From: the human T2T-CHM13v2.0 reference genome, Homo sapiens
Assembly (NCBI RefSeq): GCF_009914755.1
Contig: NC_060940.1
DNA length: 64,000 bases
Direction: 5' to 3' (one strand)
The position numbers and the translations under genes were made by a program. Of the stretch, positions 52,906 to 64,000 are shown in pieces. The notes beneath the pieces are model-generated. The model had not been told where the DNA came from. It worked only from the letters and a program-made list of their open reading frames with translations, and did not search any database. Numbering within the stretch: the first letter of the stretch is position 1; every line of letters begins with the position of its first letter.

Positions 52906-53553
52906 GGGTGTGCACCTGACCTGGGGTAGCCCAGCTGTGTTCATTTGGGAGGCAATATGACCTGAGGTGCATGCTGATCGCAGAAAAGGGGTCCATGCCC
53001 CCGTCTCCAGGACATGGACACCAAGGTTCAGCAGGTCAGAAGAGAAGGGCACCTGGAGAGGAGGAGGGGCTTCAGACAGCCTCGACCAAGGATTCCCCCA
53101 ACTCCCTTCAGAACAATTCCATGGGGACCTTTAAAGAATGGAACATGATAAGCCTATTCTGAAATTCATCTGGATGAGCTAATGCACAAAGACAGCCAGG
53201 AATAGTTTTTAAAGAAAGAGTAACGCGGGAGGATCTGCCCTACCAGGGACTGAAACATCCTGAATGGATGGCACAGCTGAAGCCGGCTGGCATGGCAGAA
53301 AAGGCAGAGCAATGTTAAGGCTAGAAAGGGGGGAAGCGGTCCATGTGGATATTTATTATATGATAAAGGCAGCACTTCCAATCGGGGGGAGGGATGGGGG
53401 CCTCAACAGATGTCCCCGGGACAAATGGCTACCATCGGGGGCGGGGGGGATCATTTCTAGCTCACAATACACAAATGCAATCACACGGCAGAGCCAATTG
53501 TGAAAATTATAAAAGCACTGGGGAAAAAATAAGAAAATATTTTTATAATCCTA

Positions 53554-54448
<895 letters not shown>

Positions 54449-54815
54449 TCAAGTAATTACAGAGAAAATAGAAACAGCCAATATGCTAATGAAAAAAGAT
54501 TTAATCTCCCTAGTAATGAGGGCAATGAAAATAAAAACAATAATGAGATGCCATTTCTCTTATCTGATTAGCAAAAGTTTAAAATATTAATAATATTTAA
54601 TGCTGTCTGGGTGAGGTGGCTCAAGCCTAAAATCCCAGCACTTTGAAAGGCCGAGGAGCGATGATCACTTTAGACCAGGAGTTGAAGACCAGCCTGAGCA
54701 ACGTAGTGAGACCCTGCCTCTACCAAAAAAAAATTTTTTTTTTAATTAGATGGGTATAGTGGCACAAACCTGTAGTCCCAGCTACTCAGGAGGCTGAGAT
54801 GGGAGGATCACTTGA

Positions 54816-55392
<577 letters not shown>

Positions 55393-55650
55393 TAAGAATC
55401 CCCTTAGAGAGCACAGATCCAGGCGTGCAAGGACTTATTCAAGGAAAGCCATTGCAACAGGTTGTGTGATAGCAAACATTTGAAGACAAGCTAAATATCC
55501 ATCAATAGAGGAGTACTTAAAGAAATTATAGTCTATTCAAACCATGAAATTCTATGTGGCTGATTTAAAAGAAGAATGAGGTAGAGCTCTCTGCACTGAC
55601 ATGAATGAATCTCAGAATTACAACTCTGCTTTTGTTAAAAACAACTCAAC

Positions 55651-55852
55651 CAGCGGTGTGCTGGAGTCCACTCACACCAGCTCCTGAGAGCGACTGTGTG
55701 CCTCTCTTCCCAATTCCATGTTGGTGACATCATGTTGGTGGCTTGAAATAAACCATGGTAGGAGTATTTACACCATGGAAGCTGGAAAACGCTAGGCATT
55801 AGGGCTTTTTTCTCCCAGAAACAGATGTTAAACATCTGCCAGCACACCCCTG
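55651..55852 (+). mobile_element. MER63A-like hAT MITE
   Basis: TIRs CAGCGGTGTGCTGG / CCAGCACACCCCTG with a degenerate 8-bp TSD aactcaac/aacccacc. Confidence 0.75.
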
Positions 55853-56559
55853 AACCCACCCAACTCCAAACCCCACGCAGGCACGTGTGTATCTCTGCCA
55901 TGCATATAAGAGGGCCAGGAGAGAAACACAACAGATTGTGAATAAGCAGTTCAGCAAACGGCCAAAGCCCATCGGAGCCCGACGCCTGGGGTGGAATCCT
56001 GGCTCTGCCATTTACAACCTGTGTGACCTTGGGCAAGGCATTAAACCTCTCTGAGCCTTGGTTTCCTCATCTGTAGAGGGAAGACAATAGCACCTTCCTC
56101 ATGGAGTTGCTGTAGGGAGTTGTGCTTGGCACACACTAATGCTCAGAAAGTGTTAGCCACAACCTCCCGTGAAAGGGAGGAGGAGATTCACAGGGTCCTG
56201 TGCTGTTTTTATTCACATCTGCACAATCTATGTTTTTTTTAATAAGCTTTTGTGTTAAAAAAAAAAAAAAGCCAGCATGGTGGCTCATGCCTGTAATCCT
56301 AGCATTTTGTGGGGCTGGGGCAGGCAGGAGGATTGCTTGAGCCCAAGAGTGCAACACCAGTCTGAGCAACATAGTGAGAAACTCCCCCCATCTCTGAAAA
56401 AAACTTTTAAATTAGCTGGGTGTGGTGGTGTTCACCTGCTGTCTCAGCTACTCAGGAGGCTGAGGTGGGAGGATCGCTTGAGCCCAGTAGCTTGAGGCTG
56501 CAATGAGCCGTGATTGCGCCACTGCACTCCAGCCTGGGCGACAGAGCAAGACTGTCTCC

Positions 56560-56590
<31 letters not shown>

Positions 56591-56674
56591 GTAAAACCAA
56601 ATGCAAAAGTAGTGGTCAGGGGTGCGGCACAGACTGGTGTCCCCTCCCCACCCCCACTTCCACCTCCTACTCAC

Positions 56675-56753
56675 CATCAGTGAAAAGAGGCTCGGGCAGC
56701 TTTTGGAAGAAGGACTTGAGCAGGCTGTTGATCACATTGAGGTCTTGCCAGCG
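56675..56753 (-). pseudogene. RhoGAP exon, 79 nt: [26 protein letters not shown]
   Basis: ccccag|CGCTGG...GATG|gtgagt. Confidence 0.95.
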
Positions 56754-57467
56754 CTGGGGGAGGAGTCAGATGTCAGGCCACAGGCAGGCCTAGCCCAATG
56801 CCCATGCCTCCATGATCATTCACCCCAGAGCCCAATCAAGCCCACCAGGCCCTCCCTGGGACCCACTTAGACTAAGCTCTCTACTCATCAGGATGGTGGC
56901 AGCAGAACTGAGTCCCCAGAGAGGTCCTGTGCCCACACTCACACTTGGCCCCAGCCCCTCCCTGCTCCTGCCAGCACGTGGGCTCCAACACCTCCCCATT
57001 CACACAAAGTCCCAGGCACTGTGGGGACACAGTGAGTGGCAGCTGCTGCCTCCACTGGGCACAGTTTAAGCATCCGTGACACAGCAGTCATTCATGCCAG
57101 CTCCTTCCTGTCTCAGGTCCTCTGCATGTGCTGGTTCCCTCAACCAGAACTTTCCTCCCCGCCTCCACACAACTGGCTCCTCATCCCCGCCTAAAAGTCG
57201 CTCTTCAAAGAGGCCTTCTCTGACCCTCATAGCTAAAGCAGCCACCTTCACCACTGCCCTGTCACCTGCACCCCAGCCCTGACTTTGTTTCCTTCATGGC
57301 GCTTAACCCAATTTGTCATTATTTTCTGCTTTTGTTTCTATGTTCATGCCTGTCTCCCTGCAGGACTGTAAGCTCCAGGAGGAGCCAGGATCCCATCTGT
57401 CTCATTTCCCACTGTGCTCCTATCACCTAGCTAGGACAGTTAGCCTGATACTTACATGGCCCTAAAT

Positions 57468-57695
57468 CAGTAGTTCTAACAGAAGGAGGCAATTTTGTCA
57501 CCCAAACTCCCACTCCACCCCCAGAGGACATTTGACAATGTCTGGAGCCATTTTGATTTTCCCAACTGGGAGGTGACACTTGCATCTAGTGGATCGAGGC
57601 CAGGGATGATTCCAAATTTCCTCCAGTGCACAGGGCAACCCCACACAACAAATAATTGTTCTTCCCAAAATGTCCACTGAGGTTGAGAAACCCTA
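57468..57695 (+). mobile_element. MER20 (hAT-Charlie)
   Basis: cagtagttct...gacatttgacaatgtctggag...gcatctagtggatcgaggccagggatg...gttgagaaaccct. Confidence 0.8.
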
Positions 57696-60136
57696 CTCTA
57701 AAATAAATGGTTGTTGAGTACAAGAACTAACGGCCGGGTCGTTGTCCCTTCTGTCCTCCAGGGGGCACCATCACCCCACATTGCAACCAAGTCGGGCACA
57801 GCCGCCTCGCTGGGAATGGCTCACAATAACTCAGGCCCAGAAAGCGACCTAATACCCCCAACAAAGAGACACAGCACAGCAGTACACACACTCATTACAA
57901 TGGATCCACAGCTTAATGCCAGACAATCCCATAAACAATACACTCCCCACAGGCTCACCAGGGGTTAGATTCATCCCCCACTACACTTACTCCCAGCACG
58001 ACCCACAACAAATGACACAATGATATCCAAGACAAAACAACACACTCAATATACCTTGTATGCCCCCAGCTGGCCCTGGCTTGGACCAGTTGCCTGCCAG
58101 CATGGCCCCCTCATCTCACACACACCCAGTGCGGCTCCTGCCCACCCGACTCCGTTACCTCCTGGCCCTCAGGTGTGAGCTCCTCTCAACTCCCAGCTGC
58201 CAAACCCAATGCCCTGGCCAGTGCTTCCTGGCTCCTCCAGAGTGAAGTGTCTGCCCTCACTCCAGCCTCACCGGCGGTCCTCTCCTTCTGTCCCACTCAG
58301 CACATGGCCCCTGCTGTTCTGTGGCCCACCCTTGGTCATCCCATGCCCCAGCTGCAGCAGGACCCATGCCACTCTCTAGTCCACGCTCAATCTAGCGCCT
58401 GTTTATGCCCTCGCCCCATGCAAGGGACTTTCCATACCCCAAATCCAATGGAGCCACTCCCTGAGACGGCCCTTCCCTTCTACCTCTCCTCACGCTGCCC
58501 TACTCCCTGGTTTCTGCCAGGGGAAGATACCACCAGCCCCAGCTCAAACATGCGGCTCTTCCTCGCCCCTCCTTCCTCCCTCTCATGCAGCCAACTCTTA
58601 GGGTTGCTCCCATCCTCCCCCTTCCCCCGGGACCACCAAGTCCTCCCGACACTTAGCGCTTCCATAGATCAGTGACTTCTCCCCAGACCCCTGCCCTCCG
58701 CATTCCTATCCAATGGACATGAGCAGGAGCATTACTCTTTCTTGAACTTTATACTCACGATGCCTCCCCAGCTTAAGAACCATCAAAAGCTCCCTACTGT
58801 CCATCAGATCAAGGTCGAAGTCTTCAGTGAAGCCATCAAATGCCCTCTCTGTCCCCCTGGGGCCTCACCCTCTCCACCTTCATGCCCAGGAGGTAGATCC
58901 ACTCTCTGTCCTAACCCTCAAGCCCTCCCTGGCCCTTGCTGGGGTTTTGGAAAATGCCATCGTCTCACACCCCGAAAGGCTTCCTGTCCACCTACCCCCT
59001 CCTATTCATTCCTCCAATACTCAAATCCTCCAGCCACCACCTGCTCCAGCCTGAGCACCCTGTCCTTCCTCATCACAGTGTGGTCCCTGATGAGAGATCA
59101 TCTTTTTCTCCTGTCCACAATTTCACACACACTTGTCTCAGCTCCTCATTCTCCAAGGACAGGAAGACTTGTGTATTCCATGAGCCTTCACGTGTGTGAC
59201 TCATGGGACATCACTGCCCATGTTCATGGTTTTCCAAAATATCTTTTTTATCAGAGCCCCTTTGGGCAAATAAAATTGTACGTGAAAACCCAGTACAACA
59301 GACAGGGCAAAGGAGGGTTGCTCTAGCAAGGACACGGGGTCCTGACCTGACCCTGGCCTCCCAAGGCCCCTCTGGGGAACCCTAGGACTCTGGAGAACAC
59401 CCTTTGAGAATCGCCGGCCCTACTGGAAACACTTAAGTGTGATTGCAGATTCCTTCACAGGCTGGTCTCATCTCGCCTGATCAGCCACTTCTCTTTCCAT
59501 GTTGCAGCCACCCAAATGGCTGGCCATTCTAGAAAACATCATATATTCCCCTTTTTCTAAGCCGGCAGTTTGTAAAACATGATCTGTAGGCAATATCTAG
59601 CCACAGCCTTCTTTTGGATGGCCCTTGAGCTAAGTATGGTTTTTACGTTGTTAAAGGATTAGGAAGAGAAGGAGGAGGAAGAGAAGGGGGGAATGCAACA
59701 GAGCAAACTACAGCAGAAAATATTTACTCTCTGCCTTCTACAGAGAAAGCTGGTTGACTCCTGGCACACTTTCGCGTCTACACCATCGCGCAGGCCATTC
59801 TGCTGCCTGGAATGCCCTCACCTAGCTTTCACCGGCCTTTGGTGAACTCTACTCATCCTAAACACTTGGACAAAACTGCTGTTTGTGAGCCTCTGCCTCA
59901 GAGCTCCCCAGGCCATGACTGCATTTACTTGGTCAGCTTCAGCCTGGGGTGATGCCCATCCCCAGGCTGGCCAGCAGAGGCAGTTCCCATCTTGCCCATC
60001 TTGGTGTTCTGGACCAATGCCGGGCATGTCATAGGGCACAATGCATGCAACACAATAGAACACAGAACTCTCCAAGCAGAGCACCACCCACACACCATCT
60101 CAGCCCCCCTTCCACAGACCCCCCAGCTTCACCCAC

Positions 60137-60292
60137 CTCATCCTGCTGGTTGATGTCACCAGGCCCACGGTTGAGCTGCTCCTGTAGGCTGGACACCACT
60201 GCATTGTTGCCAGGCACTCGGTAAAAGCCTGTGGACTCCAGCCCTCGTGCCTCCACAATGTGACAGCATGCAGCCACGATTAAGGGGACATG
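60137..60292 (-). pseudogene. RhoGAP exon, 156 nt, carrying the arginine finger (GFYRVPG)
   Basis: ccccag|CATGTC...GAG|gtgggt; [52 protein letters not shown]. Confidence 0.95.
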
Positions 60293-60664
60293 CTGGGGAC
60301 ACAGGGGAGGGGTGTTAGGGGGGACAGGGGCCAGAGGAGCTGGGGAGGCCAAGAAGGGGACAATGCAAGGCCCAGAGCTGCTGCCAGGAACCCTTGGGGG
60401 GAACAAAAGGCCCTTGCTGCCTCCAGTCTGGGAGCTACAAATGACACCAAAGCCTCGCCATGGTCTGAGAAGGAGCCGGGCTCAGCCTCAGCCCTGCTGC
60501 TCCCTCCCTGGGAGGCCCAGGGCAGGCCTCCCCTCTCTGGGCTGTTTTCCCAGCTGTGTTTGTACAATGAGGTGGAGAGCTTGTTCCATGTCCCTTGCTG
60601 CTCTGACCCTCTGTGCCTTGGTCTCCCCCTGCCGGGCCTGCTCTGGCGTGTGGCAGAGACCCAC

Positions 60665-60786
60665 CTGGTTCTCCGTGGCTGGCTGGCAGTCCTCCAGCCT
60701 GACCCCAAATGCCCTTGGGACAGCCTTCTTATTTTTCTTGATGATGTTGATGCCCCAGGGGGTTTTGGGGGCTGCAGCACTGTCAT
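60665..60786 (-). pseudogene. ARHGAP23-like exon, 122 nt: [41 protein letters not shown]
   Basis: cttcag|ATGAC...CAG|gtgggt; contains the FGVxL start of the RhoGAP domain. Confidence 0.92.
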
Positions 60787-60914
60787 CTGAAGTGGGGGAG
60801 ACAGAGCCAGAGTGAGCTGGAGTATCCAGGAGGGTCGCACACATTCACTGCCACATTCACACATTTGGATGTATGGGGATTCCATCAGAGAAGAAACCAG
60901 ATGCCCAGGGCTGA

Positions 60915-62592
<1,678 letters not shown>

Positions 62593-62928
62593 CAGGTAAG
62601 AACTTTCTAATAGCCAAAGGTGAGGGAAATGGGAAAGGTTGCTCTTGGAAAGGGTGGGCCTCTCATCCCTGCGGAGACACCAGCAAAGATTAGAGGACCA
62701 CCCAGCAGGGATGTCAGGGAGGGGAATCAGGCTCCAGGCCCTTCCACCCCAAGACCCTGAGAGCCCCCAGACCCTCACAGGCATGCACATGCAGACAGAC
62801 ATACCGGTAACCCTGGCACACAGTCAGGCACACACGAGCAGACACAGCCCAACACACACACACATGCTCTCCCCTCTCCATGCCCTCTTCCCCAACACAC
62901 CACCCTGTCTCAGTGGCCACCTTCCTAC

Positions 62929-63059
62929 CTTTGCTCCCTGCGGGCAGGTCCTGAGTCCTGAGGCCACGTGCCGCACTCTGCTTGAGGAACTCAGACTTGA
63001 GGCCCCCCAGGCCGCGAGAGCCTTTGGGGGAGGAATCAGCTTTGGGCCCAGAGCTATGG
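62929..63059 (-). pseudogene. ARHGAP23-like exon, 131 nt: [43 protein letters not shown]
   Basis: acacag|CCATAG...AAAG|gtagga; phases match neighbouring exons. Confidence 0.9.
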
Positions 63060-63323
63060 CTGTGTAGGAAAAAGGGGGAGAGGAGAGGTCTTCACTTGGG
63101 GTGGCCAAGCAGGCCACCCACCCTGGCCTCCTGCCCCTCGGGACATCCCCTCCACCCTGAGGCAATGCCTCCATGCCAAACTGCAGCCTGGAGACCCTGG
63201 ATACCCTGGATACCCCTTTCCCCAGCAGAGGGCAGCCCTGGAGGTGGTCCAGGAAGACATCCTCTGCCTTCAGCCCCCTACCACCCCCACAGAGGAGACT
63301 GCTCCATGAGGGCTAGGCCTCAC

Positions 63324-63385
63324 CTCACTTTGCGATAATCATTAAGCTTCTTGCTGATCAGAGCTTGGTTGGCACAGCCGGGGTC
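63324..63385 (-). pseudogene. ARHGAP23-like exon, 62 nt: [20 protein letters not shown](S)
   Basis: cttcag|GACCCC...GTGAG|gtgagg. Confidence 0.9.
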
Positions 63386-64000
63386 CTGAAGCAGGAGAGG
63401 AGAGAGCGGATCATGTCAGTGCCCACAGCCAGCCCACCCCTGGGTTCATCCCTAGCCCTGCTTCCCCTCTTGTCCACCTGCCAGGTGGACAGCCCAGACC
63501 CTGGAGTGAGAAAGACCAGGCCTGGACTCCCCAGCACCCTCTCACCAGCTGAGGCCTTGGGGAAGCCTCTTAGGCTCTCTGAGCCTCAGTCTCCTCGGTA
63601 ATAAACATGGGGGGCTAAAAGGGAAGGCTCGGGGCTGGGTGCAGAATCATGCAGCACTCGCCACTTTCCTGGCAGATGCTGAGCAGGCATGGAGGAGGTG
63701 CCCCAGGAGGGACTGCTACTGCCATAGTGATGTGACTTGGAACCCCCCTGACTAAGCCTTGTTGGAGACAGCCAAGCCAGGCCCCCAGAGGAGGAGGCCC
63801 AAATTCCAGGTGCCTTCCTCCCTGCAGTGGGGAAAGCTGTTCCCGGGAGAGCAGAGCCTGGTCAGCGAGAGGATGTGTCCTCAGCAAGAGGCCATGCACT
63901 AGCGCCCCCTCCCACGGCCAGAGCAGGCCCAGGCCCACTGCCCTCTTGGCAGAGACCCCAGGCCCGGGATGCCCACATGACTTTGTGTGGGTGTCTCAAG

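Noticed and set aside
63898-63917. Single CTCF-like motif (GGGAGGGGGCGCT on the minus strand)
   Set aside because: Only a partial match, common in GC-rich DNA, and unsupported without ChIP data.

Overview
Human (primate) genomic DNA made of two duplicated blocks fused at about position 20,995. It is most consistent with the pericentromeric 16p11.2 region holding the IGHV orphons and ARHGAP23P1; this placement is from recall and has not been verified by alignment. The left ~21 kb is AT-rich, LTR/L1-rich IGH V-locus sequence. It carries two minus-strand V pseudogenes (a clan-III relic and an IGHV1-14-like gene) with promoters and 23-RSSs, a full-length THE1A element, and a ~1 kb tandem array of same-orientation CTCF motifs next to one RSS. 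The right ~43 kb is GC- and Alu-rich 17q12-type sequence. It carries a probable SRCIN1 terminal 3'UTR with polyA signal (+) and 12 minus-strand exons of an unprocessed ARHGAP23 duplicate (one of them a 23-nt alternative microexon). In that duplicate the RhoGAP-domain exons are all open and splice-intact, a +2 GA slippage follows immediately after the domain, and the large last exon is missing. No complete intact protein-coding gene, RNA gene or CRISPR array is present.
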